This document shows positions 36,306-47,610 of a stretch of DNA of 64,000 bases, piece after piece. Under the pieces are notes generated by a model that was given only the letters and a program-made list of their open reading frames with translations, did no database searches and was not told the DNA's origin. Within the stretch, counting starts at the first letter, position 1. Every line of letters starts with the position of its first letter. The stretch lies in NCBI RefSeq assembly GCF_000315625.1, contig NW_005434623.1:151317-215316 (forward strand), in the 5' to 3' direction. This DNA is from Guillardia theta CCMP2712. Lineage: Eukaryota > Protista > Cryptophyta. Both the position numbers and the translations under genes were made by a program.

Positions 36306-37979
36306 TCATACCCCACCTTGATCTCGTTGATCTGCAGGTTTTGAGATTTCTTGCTCTGCAAATGGATTGTCTGAGCAACGCACGGCACTGCAGCTCGAAG
36401 CTTGTACCTGCATCACAGCCATGATGTACTTGAGGTATGGCTCCGAGAAACGGTCTGTGGCGTCTTCCAGCTGTACAGGCTCACGACCATTCGAGAACAA
36501 GGTTCTCATAAGACTCACCATGCGTGAGAACAAAACTCCATTGTAGTTGGCATCGAGAAGAGACTTCGCCTGCTCTATTTCTGCACCTCCCTTCAAAAGA
36601 ATCAGTGCAAGCAGTGTAGCGTTCAAAAGCATACTTGTCTTCCTTGCACGGTCGCGATGACAGCGCAATCATCGGGTAGATCATTCTGCAGAGATTTTGC
36701 AGCCGACACAAGAAAACTAGCCAGCAGGAAGTCAGTCCGCCTTCGCTGTCCCCGAAGTCCATCCTCTACCTAGAGATGGCCGAGGAGCTGAAGCGAACGC
36801 ACAGACACTTGGCACCCGCAGACACTGCCCAGTTGATCTGGGGGTTCAAGTCAGCCATCTCCTTCTCCGCACGTGAGGACACGCACCTCGTTGGCATCAC
36901 CGACCTCTACCAAAGGCTCCATCCCCAGGACATGGCAAGCGTTTACCTGCTTCAGGCTTCAGCGCGTCTGCTTTCTTCTGTGCTGCTGCTCGTTACCATC
37001 ACGGCCGTCTTCTCTTCACCAAGAGAGGAAGCAGCAAAAGAAACTCCATCAGCACCAGCAGCTTTCGCCTGGCAGCAAAAAACATCATGCCATCAGAAAA
37101 CATTCTATTTCTGCAACATCAATCTCTCCTCCTTCCCCCCTCCAACTCCTTCTCGCTCTTCCTGCTCCATCTCATGTTCTTGACCCTGCCCCTGCCCCTG
37201 CTCTCCGTCTCCCTGTTTTCATTCCGTTTCAATCATTTTGTATTACCTTTGCGATATCCTCTATCGTTTCAATCGCACCTCTCCACACTAGAGGCACAGG
37301 GCCGGGAAACTTGCCCTTGGCCTGCCCAACACTTGAGACAACCAACAAGGACTACTCGCCTCTTTCACATACAGTTTGTTGTTCCTTTACGAACCCTTCA
37401 AAGTCTTGATCGCCATTTGCAACAGCAGTATCCACCACGAGCAGCGCGACCTTGCTTGGGTGTCAAGACATATTCCTCCAGAGCTGGTTGGTCCCACACA
37501 CCTTGGACCTCCGAATCTCGAAGGATAGCGATTTAGTATCATGTACAGGAATCTGCAGCGCTTGAATCATTCCATAATAGAGTGTTACAATGTTATCTCA
37601 CCTTCTCCGGTCTCAAGAATTCTACAGATATTGATGGCGAACCGGATGTTTTCTTCAATGACTTGAAGATCTGCAAGATGTTTCACAACCTTCCTGTCAA
37701 TCAATCTCAAAGTGTCAGACCTTGGTGGGAGCTTTCGTCTTTGCACTTGCACTCTCCACCTTCTTCACGAGGTCGCTGATGCTCTGAGCATACAGCGAAA
37801 GTGGATTTCTCTTCGACACCGTCGTTGCCAATGGGGCACATCGAAGCATAGAAGGCTTGGTCTCAACGTCAGGTAGAATATCACTATGAAAATTTTCTGA
37901 CCTTGAAAGATACATGAAAACTCTCAACCTGTAGAACAAGCAGCACAAAACCGAAAACTGAGGATCTCGCCCATGCCAT
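36306..37979 (-). CDS. Plastid-targeted indole-3-glycerol-phosphate synthase (TrpC)-like protein, divergent, multi-exon
   Basis: ATG 37979 MAWARSSVFGFVLLVLQVES-F leader; spliced exons AKAAGADGVSF...CHVLGMEPLVEVGDANE|INWAVSAGAKCLCV and GAEIEQAKSLLDANYNGVLF follow the IGPS barrel pattern. Confidence 0.72.
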
Positions 37980-38167
37980 GTTTATAGGCTTCTTGGGGCA
38001 CACGCCAGTTCCCTGCAGTCAATCGAGGTAGTTCAGCACAGAGATTGCGTCATCTCAACCTCATCATTGTCTTCTATTCCATGAAAATATAAGTGACTGA
38101 TCGCATTCCATCCCATCCCCTCCCCTCCACGTCTCCCACATTCCTTCCTATCCCATCCCATCCAATC

Positions 38168-38432
38168 TCCTCGCCTCGCCTCGCCTCGCCTCGCCTCGCC
38201 CCTCATCTCATCTCATCTCATCTCATCTCGTCTCGTCTCGTCTCGTCTCGTCTCGTCTCGTCTCGTCTCGTCTCATCTCATCTCATCTCATCTCATCTCA
38301 TCTCATCTCATCTCATCTCATCTCATCTCATCTCATCTCATCTCATCTCATCTCATCTCATCTCATCTCATCTCATCTCATCTCATCTCATCTCATCTCA
38401 TCTCATCTCATCTCATCTCATCTCATCTCATC
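38168..38432. repeat. Compound pentanucleotide microsatellite (CTCGC)n-(ATCTC)n-(GTCTC)n-(ATCTC)n
   Basis: Read directly. Confidence 0.95.
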
Positions 38433-38519
38433 TACTCTCATTTCGTCTCATCGTCCCTCTCGTACATGCCATACGCGGAATGCCGGCCTCTAAAAAAAGT
38501 TGAGTAATAAAATAAGGCA

Positions 38520-38930
38520 GTCCCCCACCGGGCCGGCCCTGGCCGGCCGCCGGGCCGGGCGCGTCCGGAGTCCCCGCCGCGACTCAGTTCACCACGGCCC
38601 GGAAGCTTGAGTCCCTACGGTCTTGCGGCAGGGGTGCGGTGACTCGGACGACCGGACCGGCGGCCCGGTGGCCGAGGCCGCGCCCACGGCCGCAGCCTGG
38701 GCAGCCCGCGCCGCGGCCGACTCTGTGACGGTGATCTCAGGCGGCCGGGCGAGACCGTACTCGGTATGTCACGGATCGGATTTGAGGCTTTGAAGGCTTC
38801 CCTCCACACTGTCATATGCGGCAGGACTACTCCGTGACTTCCGAGCCTCCCGGCCCTCGTACTCAGACCGGACAGTGCCGGTGTTTCAAGACGTTTTCAA
38901 CAGTTAACTGAACTTTGAGTAAAGACTCAT
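38520..38930. repeat. GC-rich palindromic-word island 8
   Basis: Same vocabulary; ends with a minus-strand element copy at 38904-38925. Confidence 0.72.
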
Positions 38931-38945
38931 ATTACTTCAAGTGAT

Positions 38946-39213
38946 TTCTTTACTCAAAGTTAAGTTAAAAATCAGTACGAGGACAATCAGGAGAGTCGAG
39001 GAGGCTTGACCCTGACACTGTCGCACAGGCCAAACGGCGAGAAGAGAAAGACAGCGAGAACCAAACCCAATCCTGCCGACTGCTGTCCCCCAAAGTTAAC
39101 TGATACCTTCAAGTGATAGTAAACTTGGCGGACGGCATATCCCAGAGGGAGGCATGAAAAGTCTTAAGCCCAACAAGTATTTTAGCAGGATCTTTAACTT
39201 AACTTTGAGTAAA
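38946..39213. mobile_element. Putative non-autonomous MITE-like element with 25-bp terminal inverted repeats
   Basis: Left TTTACTCAAAGTTAAGTTAAAAATC versus right GATCTTTAACTTAACTTTGAGTAAA (24/25 match as reverse complement); no ORF inside. Confidence 0.55.
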
Positions 39214-39432
39214 CGATGGATACCCTCGCAAGAAAGACTCCAAAAGACTACCTTTCATGAATAACGAGGAATAATAGCATGGGAAATGCCAGGTGCGTTG
39301 TGATATTCCTCAACCTCGTTCGCACACATTGAGCCAGCACCTCCCTCACCTCCTTGCTCTCGGAAGACCATCCTTACCTACACTGCACGCTCCCTCGCAC
39401 TACTCTCATCCCTCCCCCCTGACACGGTTGTC

Positions 39433-39905
39433 ATGCCGCATCTTGCCCGATCTAGCTCTAGTCGCACTCCCCCGCCTGCCGGCTCCATCCGCGTGTTCCC
39501 TCGCCGTCGTCACAGTGCCCAGCGGGCGATGACTGCGGTGGAGGTGACTCGTGGGGAGCTAGAGAGCCTGTTTCATCTCAAGCAGGAGGACGCTGCTGCC
39601 ATGCTGGTAAGTCCCTGTCGACACCACAGACGTCATGACCGGGTTCCTTGCAGGGTCTGTCGCTGACAGCCTTCAGGGGCGTGTGCCGACGTCTGGGCAT
39701 CATGCGATGGCCCTACAACAGGGACCATAGGGACCAAGAAGCCCCTCAAGCAGCAGAGGAGGTATCAGTTGCTGGTGCGGGGAGAGAGGAGTCGCAGGCA
39801 GGCGAATGCGAAGGACTATCACGAGGGTTCATCGAGTGGTTCGTGTCACTGCCGGACGAGATGGAGGAAGACTGTCCCTACACCCTCGCCTTTGACGGGA
39901 GGTAA
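39433..39905 (+). CDS. RWP-RK domain transcription factor
   Basis: Intron 39607-39653; spliced VTRGELESLFHLKQEDAAAML|GLSLTAFRGVCRRLGIMRWPYNR. Confidence 0.9.
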
Positions 39906-40259
39906 TGCTGCAAGCTCGGCTAAGGCCGTGGGATACTGGGTGACTGTAGATAATCTTTGGTTTAAGTGTACTTGAGGGAGAACCAATGTTGTGTAGAATA
40001 TCCAATGAAAGCATCAAAGTTGATGCTCAAGTTCTTACAAAACTTGACTCGGTACTGCGAGAACTTCTCAAATTTTGTTTCAATTACGAGTTTCATCGAG
40101 GCTTTTCAGGGATTGAACGAGAAAAGAGTACTGCAGGTAGCGTTGAACGTATGAACATCTGTGCTTTCTAGAGTTGTATGGTCGCATTCGAGCTTCTGTT
40201 CAAGAGTCCTGTTTTCAATCTCTTGGTCACGCACTCCAGCGATGCAGCCTGGCAACGGC

Positions 40260-40880
40260 ACGCAGCGGTGCGGCGCCATTGCTGCATTCTTGATGACGGT
40301 TCACACTGTCAGCCTCTGTACAATTGAATTCCGTGACGCGTACCGTAGTACTGCCGCAGTGCGGCACTGTCAGTGCAGTACGGTCAAGGTAAGCCAACAC
40401 CGTACTGTTATCCGATGAGTCGCTGCACTGCAGTCACGGTCCTGCCACCGGCGGGCCGTGATCATCGCCGTCGGATGCGCGGCCCGGGCCGCGGCCCAAA
40501 GCCTGCCAGTTTGAACGGCCGCCTACCGTACCCGCGGGGCGGCGGGGTGTTCCCCCCGGCTTCGTCGGATCAAACTACTGTGATCATACCGTACTAGTAG
40601 GCCTAAGACCGCTTAGGCTCGGGCCCCCGGGCCGGGCCCGGGCCCGGGGCCCAACCGTTCACTGAACGGTTGCCGCTGCCGTTCCGAGACCCGGTCAGGT
40701 CAGGCCGGCTGCCCGCGGGCCGTCACCGGCGGCGGCGCCCCCCGGTCACCGGGTGCCACCGGGTGCCCCGCCGGGCCCGGCGGCCCAGTGGTGCCAGGGG
40801 GGGCCGGGATGACTCAGCCTGGCAGTGATCCGGGCCGGGCCGGCGCGGAGCCGGTGAGCCGCAAGTTCCGAGTTCCGATT
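40260..40880. repeat. GC-rich palindromic-word island 9
   Basis: Same vocabulary. Confidence 0.75.
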
Positions 40881-41317
40881 CGCCCAAGATTTTATCATGT
40901 GGTGTTCGAAAATTTCGATACAGAATTTCAAATGTGGGAGAAGCTCCGGAACACTTCGGCCTACCCAGAACTCTCAAATTTCTGCCGATTCAAGTCACCA
41001 AAGCAATTTTTGAAATATAGAAGCGAATTTCATAGGATCAACCAACATTTGAAGTCTTACCTCCAAATATTTTCTACCCTACCCCTTCCTTCCAACACCG
41101 ATTTATGTCAGTGTACACAGAGGTGGGTTATGTACCCCACCATGGTGGCATCATGGAGGCCTGACCCTTACCACCTTTCCATAGCCTTTTCTTACTGCAG
41201 ACTACCCGTACTTTCACCTCTATTTCAGTTTCGTACCCTACCCTCCAGAAATAATGTTCATTCAATTTGAGACCACCCCCACGTCTTCACCACCTCCCTG
41301 CAGTCCTATCCCACACC

Positions 41318-42716
41318 ATGGCGCAGAACAAGTTGTCCAAGGAGCTTCGTGGGCTTCGCAATGATCCGATACCGCAGGTATGGCAGACGTGGGAGGCAAG
41401 AGATGCAGGATGGAACGAACATGCAAGATGGTCTATGGAAGATACTCGATAGACAGATGTATGATGGGCTAGATTGTGACATGCATGTTTGCATGAAAGT
41501 TCATGGATGGGATGAAGGTTGGGGAAAATGATTGAATTTCAAGGAATGATAGTGTGCAGAAGGAAGAATTGAAAGCATAAGGGGAAATTCAGAACGCAGA
41601 GCTGCAGATTTTCTTGCTGATCACGGTTGTAAAGCCGTAGCTCGATGATGGAATCCTGTGGCTCCATGGCAGAGTAGAACATCGAAATAGGCGCTAGAAA
41701 AGCATGCAAGCCTCTTACAAGATAGAACATGATGTATTCTTTGCAGGGTGATGCTCAGCCGAAAGGAGAGAATATTTATGAATGGGAAGGCTTCGTTAAT
41801 GGACCGGTGAATTGTTCGATCCGATGTCATACCTACTGACTATACCCTTTCTGTTTTTCAGGAGGGGACGCCTTATGAAGGAGGACGATTCAAGGTTGTC
41901 GAGACTTTGATATCAAGGCGTCACTGACACTATGCCAGTTCGAAATGAAATTTCCTGCTGAATATCCATTTAAGCCGCCCAAACTAAACTTCACAACCAA
42001 AGTCCTTCATCCAAATATTACGGATGATGGAAAGGTTGATTGATTGTTTGTGTATGTTTGCGTGTGCATCTGCCTGCAAGTATGCAAATGAGCTTCTTTG
42101 TCATGTGATCTGTCTTGATTAGAAGACGAGGGTTAAAAATGTTCTGTTTGATTTCAGAAACTGCTTCACGATTGCTTTGCAATGCCAGATGTTGAGATAA
42201 CACTCAGCACGCGATATCAAATTCGGCATGTTAGTCATTGACTGTGCATTCCAGGTTTGTCTTGATGTTATTTCGGAAGGATGGAACCCAGCAGTTTCTT
42301 TAAGACAGGTGTCTCCTGTCTCTGATTTTTGACAGTAATCTCGGTGTGTAACGCGGACTTTTCGATCAGATTATTTTATCTTTGCACACATTATTTACGG
42401 ATCCAAACCCCTCGAATCCTTTAGTTCCCGAGGTCAAACAAGACTTTCCTTGTTCTTATCTCTTCTCATCCTCTTTCAGGTGGCGAAACTCTATGCAGAT
42501 GACCGAGAGGCTTTCAACGCAAAGGTGTGATCTAGCCTTCTTCTTGGGTTGCTCTTGTCCTCATTGCTACGACATCCGTCGACTGCATTGACTGCACCTC
42601 TGTCTCACATGTTTCTTGCATTTTGTAATTTGCATGATCTCCCTTGACTCATCTTGCCGGACGATTGATCATGGCGGTGGCAGGTGCGTCAGTGGGTACA
42701 GGATTACGCGCAATGA
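41318..42716 (+). CDS. Ubiquitin-conjugating enzyme E2 (UBC4/5-like), 8 exons
   Basis: Spliced: [20 protein letters not shown]|[20 protein letters not shown]|[11 protein letters not shown]|[32 protein letters not shown]|[18 protein letters not shown]|[21 protein letters not shown]|[15 protein letters not shown]|[10 protein letters not shown]; HPN motif and catalytic Cys present. Confidence 0.95.
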
Positions 42717-42761
42717 GTCGTTGAATACTTCAGTAAATAAACTACACGAAACACTATAACA

Positions 42762-44450
42762 TCACAGGAGAACAGGGAGACGCACCTCTGGGGACAGGTG
42801 GGAAGGGAGAGGGCGATGAGGGTAATTTCCTAGCTGTTGTCTTGAGATGGATGTGGTGGACTGCAACCAGGCAGGCTGCTGCGCTCCGAACACTCCTCTG
42901 CTCCTGCCTCCTCCGAGCTCCGGCGCCGAGTCCCGAGGAGAGACGTAGTAGTTGGGTTTCAAATTGTCAGACCCGAACCCCAAGGCAGGAGCCCCGGCAT
43001 CAGTTTGCATGCGATTTCCGCTGCGAAATCGTTGAACCTGGGATCATGATGAGTAACCAGAAGAAGCTCTAGCTCACACCAGCAAATCAGATCACCATGT
43101 TCTGTGCACGGAGAGCCGGTTCTTCCAGCAGGTTCTTGACAGGGTGGGCTGACGCCGCCATGATTGTCAGTTCCGATCCCGGGCCCTCGTCAACCACTCA
43201 CGTCTCTCCCGCCACCGGCGATCGAACGCTCTGTCGATGCTGAGCTCAGGCTCTGGCCTGCTGTCACGTATGGGTTGATACGTCCAGAACTCTCTGTCGT
43301 TCTCGAAGCTCGGATTCTTGATGAACAGAGCGTTGTCTTTCTCCATCTGCAGACACTCATGAGAACCGCCGTTGACCTGACCCGTCTCTCCCCTCACCTG
43401 CTGCAGGAGGCTAAAACCATCCACGTTGCTCATCCTGCTGTGATCCAGCCTTGATCGGGCGTCTTGTCTGCCGGGAGACGAACCGGCCATGAGCGTGCTG
43501 TTCTCAGGGGGCCGGTTGCTCGCAGCCATCCTGTGATGCTCTGCCCGGTTAACGTGCTCGTCTCTGTACATGCTCAGTGTCGGAGCCTGATGAAACAGCT
43601 CCTGAGGATGATGAGAGTTCTCTTTGTGATCAAAGGAAGAAGAGACATTCTCTCTCCTGGGCTCGTCGAGACTTGAAGCTTCTCTGTAGCTGGGCGTGAC
43701 CTCTCTGACCTCCGACCTTCTCGAGTACACCGAGGAGCTGGAGGAGCCCGTGACATGCTTGAAGAGCTCGTCATGAGGAGTGATATGCCTCAACGGATCC
43801 TCTTGCGGGGGCGTGTAAAAGGTTTGATCATACACACCTGCTCTCTCCTCGCGAAGAGGTGGAGTGGACGTGAGATATCTCCCAGCGGTATCCCGGAAGA
43901 CAGACCCTCGTTCCTGCCGGCTGATCTTGTGCAGCACATCTCCCTCGAACCTGCCATATCCAAACCCGTCGTTGGACACGAGTCCTGAGCCGGTCAGCCC
44001 ACTGGAGGGCTCGGGGCGAATGTTGCACCTCCTGCCGACCTTCTTCTCTTGCGGGCTGGTGTGATCGGAGAAGCTCAGGAATCTCGGGGAGTTGGCCGGC
44101 AGGTTAGGAGGGACAGTCAAGTAGGAGCCGTGCGCCTTGTCCGCCCTCTGGGCCTCCTGCCTCGGAATCAGCCCGGCTGCTAGACTCTCCTGCGGGCGTT
44201 CACACATGGCCTTCCCCCCCTTCGTCTCCCTGTGATCCTCCCCCATGGCTCGTTCCAGCTTCTCCCTCAGTCTCTGCAGTTTGGAGGGCCCATTGTGCGA
44301 GCTATCAGACTCCCTGGGCTTGTCAAGGATCCGAAGTTTCTGCTTCCATGCTAAGTCAGATGACACTGTAATCCCCGTGATGCGAGGAGCTGAAGTCCAG
44401 CTATCTCCAGCCCATGCTCGCTCCTTGGTTCCATACGCATCCACGGCCAT
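42762..44450 (-). CDS. Hypothetical hydrophilic, probably disordered protein, multi-exon
   Basis: 427-aa ORF from ATG 44450 plus downstream exon-like ORF 42762-43010. Confidence 0.65.
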
Positions 44451-45109
44451 GCTGCGTTACGATGCGAGGCTCCTGTTTATCATCTGGGTCGAAAATGATT
44501 ACATCAAAAGTTGAAAGAAGGAGGAAGAGGGAGGGAGGGAGGGAGGGTAAGTGTGGGGGGAAATGTAGTTGGACAGGGACACATTGCAGATTGGGTGGAA
44601 GGGGGTAGGGACATTAGTAGCATCAACAATGTTTTCTCCTTCTCTAAAAGAGTCTCGTCTACATCGAGTTCCTCCTACAATCAGTACACACGGACTGGGA
44701 TAACCTGATTCAACGAGACCAGCACCCTGTCATCAGCATTCCTCCGTTTTACCTTCGTCTGAACACTTCCTGGTACCTCAGATGCTGCGGCACATCTTCA
44801 CTAGCGTACCTCACACGGACTATACCCTTCGTCTGTTGAGACCATTGCTTCCAACAATCCGGTGCCTCATTCACAGAGATCATGAAAAATTCCTGTTGAA
44901 CTGAGAGGAACAAACTTGGCATCTATCCTCCTTTCTTTCCCACTTCTCATCCCACACTTAGACCACAATGCTCTCTTCGTCTTCGTCCTCGTCTTTCTCC
45001 TCCTCCTCCCTGTTCCCTCTCTGCACACCTTCTCCCCTATTACAACCGAAGCCATTCCATGGACCTATAAAACCTATTCTTTATACACGCTTATACACTT
45101 TATACCGGT

Positions 45110-45580
45110 GGCATACCGTGAAACTTGCCGGGCCGCCCGGCCGGCGCCCGGCGGCCCCGGGCCCCGTCAGCCTGATCGGACTCAGTGAGCCTCGGAGTCA
45201 AGTCCGCGGCCCGGCCGGGCCCGGGGTCCGGTCCGATCACGCAGCCGCCGCCGCACTGCATGTGCCGGTCACCGGGTGGCTCCGAGTCACCGGCGTAGTA
45301 CGGTGACGGTGCCACAGTGGACTGACTCTGAAGGCTCCCGGGGAGCCGGGAACCGTTAAGCAGGGCCCGGGGCCTGCCCGGCCCGGCCTGCGCTGAGCGC
45401 GGCCGCCGGGCGGCGCTGGGGGCCGGGGCCGCTGAGTACGCCCGGCCGTCATCCGGTACGGTACTAACAGGCCGTTAGTAGCCTAGTATTGCTATGGGGC
45501 GCTAGTACAGTACTTCCCGGAGTCCTAAGCCTTAGTTAAGTTCCGAAGTTCCGCCGCCGATACGGTTCCGACTGACTTGG
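45110..45580. repeat. GC-rich palindromic-word island 10
   Basis: CTGATCGGACTCAGT, GTACGGT, CCCGGG words. Confidence 0.75.
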
Positions 45581-45772
45581 AGTCAACTTTTGACCCGCAT
45601 AACCTCTTACATCCCTCGGACGATCATCATCATGGCATGGCATTGCAGGCTACCCGGAGGTGCTCAAAACTAACTTGGAAAGGGAAGATGCAAGGCTCAG
45701 AACAGTTCAGAACCTTCCGAGCACTGCATGTGATAGTACAAACTACAGGCCGCCGCAGTAGTATCATAGTGG

Positions 45773-46620
45773 TCACTCTGTACCGTTCTGCTTGAAGTAA
45801 AAACGATAGTTGTCAGGTGTCACGTCGGTCGTCTCCCATCCAAGGTTGCGAAGGTACTTGGCGTACCAGTTGATCCTCTTGGCATTCACTCCGAAGTCAA
45901 GGAAACCGGCGCGGCTGTAGCAACCTAGTCAGCCAACATCATGGTTCAAACAGTGCAAACAAATCACCTTGCAGATCGAACATTCACAGACTTAGTCTCG
46001 GGATCCATCAAGAACTCAAGATCGTCAAGATAACCAATCTTGCCGCTTTCATACTGCACATAGATGTATCTATCATCATTCCTGACAAGCTTCCACCCTC
46101 CTGCATCAATGTTTGCCTGCCCTGGCGGATACGCCTTTACAGCAGCAAGCAGCTCGTTCATGGCTTCCTTCTCATCCTTGTTGTACTTGAATGGTTTGTA
46201 GTAGTGGTCCCGGTCCTTCTTGGGGTCTATGAAGGAGCTGAAGCAATTCGGAGCAGGCCGAGCAGCTTTGAAGGGTGGGGGGCAGCCCTTGAGGGCGGTA
46301 CCTTCCCCCACCCCCTCCGGCACAGCTGTTCGTGCTCCATAGGGAACCCCATCCAGCTCCGGTCGGAGATCCACGATCCTGTTCTCGAAGGCGAAGGCAG
46401 GGAGGGCTACTCCCCCAGTGAGCAGCAGAGCTCTTCTGCTCCACTGCATTGCCTTGCTGTTCGACTGCATCTGACAGGAGAGAACAGATGGAGTGAGCGA
46501 TCGAGAACTTGTGGCAGCACCAGATGTATGCGTGAATGAGTTCAGAGCTGCATGCTGGTGGAAGGCAGAAGCGCTGCCGGCGCATAGAAGCATCGCTACA
46601 GTACCGAGCATTGTCGACAT
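45773..46620 (-). CDS. DUF1499-family protein, plastid/thylakoid-lumen targeted
   Basis: ATG 46620; signal peptide ending ASA-F, then SRR twin-arginine + AFA; CP..PNCFSS, DDLEF, RSA|SRAGFLDFGVNAKRIN; one intron. Confidence 0.88.
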
Positions 46621-46657
46621 GGCGCCCGACTGCGGATCAGGTTCAGTCCTATGGAAG

Positions 46658-47430
46658 CGGGGGTAGGGTGAGCATACCGTGGGCAACATGGCTGGGAGAT
46701 GTGAATAGTGGGGTAGGGGAGACACAGACGGGTCCTTGCCTAATAGATTTTTGATTAGAATAACGGGGTCAATATAGTTCAAGGACTTATTTGAAGGGGT
46801 AGGGCACGAGTGTGGGTAAACATTCCCTGCAGGGGGGGTCATCTTTTCCGGGGTGGGACATGGGGAGGGTGGTCATTGGCTGCTGAGGCAGGCTTGTTTT
46901 TCTCTCTGCCTTATGTGTAGAAGACGCAGAAAGGTTGGCGGGTGAAAAATCAGGTAGGTGTGAAATTGGGTGGATCCAGGGGGGTGGTAATAGGTACCAG
47001 GGGGTAGGGTGGGACATGCAAAGGGGGGGGCGCAATACACCCCCGAAAGCTCGGATATTTATAAGGGTTGCACCATAGGGTGAGGGGTAGTGGTGGGATG
47101 GCAGGGGTCCATATACCTTACGTCTCCAGGGGTAGGCCAAAACTTGTGGTATTCAGGGTGCTATGTTGGGGTATTCCACTTGATGGGGGTGGGTGGATCC
47201 GCCAACTACCACATGTAAAGGGGAAGATGATCACGCTGACATGAGAACACACAGGGAGAAGCGAGAGAGGAGGGAGGGAGCAGGATGAGGAGGGAGGAGG
47301 GGAGAAGAACAGAGAGCTCGATGGAGGATGATGATAGGGAGGGAGCAGAGACGATGCAGGAGGCCAAGCAGTAAGGAAGTGAGGCCAAATCTGATGATCA
47401 AGTTGCGAGGGGTAGGGCATACTCGGGCCT
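46658..47430. promoter_or_regulatory. Divergent intergenic region rich in GGGGTAGGG / GGGGTGGG tracts
   Basis: Many G-runs between head-to-head DUF1499 and DUF2854 genes; function inferred. Confidence 0.45.
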
Positions 47431-47610
47431 GTACGATGGCGAGGTTTGGCTGATGAACTAGGGGTTGCAGGATGACAGCTGGCAAGAATGTAGACGTGAG
47501 AGGAGGAAGAAGATGCGAGATGAGATCAAAGAAGCGAATGTGCAGCAAGGGAAGCAGCTTGGACATGGGCCGATGGATGGCTCCACAGCCCAAAATAACA
47601 CTGTTGACAG

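Noticed and set aside
38946-39002. Short element interpreted as an snRNA or spliced-leader RNA gene
   Set aside because: No recognisable snRNA structure or consistent donor site, and I cannot verify the SL sequence; kept only as an alternative hypothesis.
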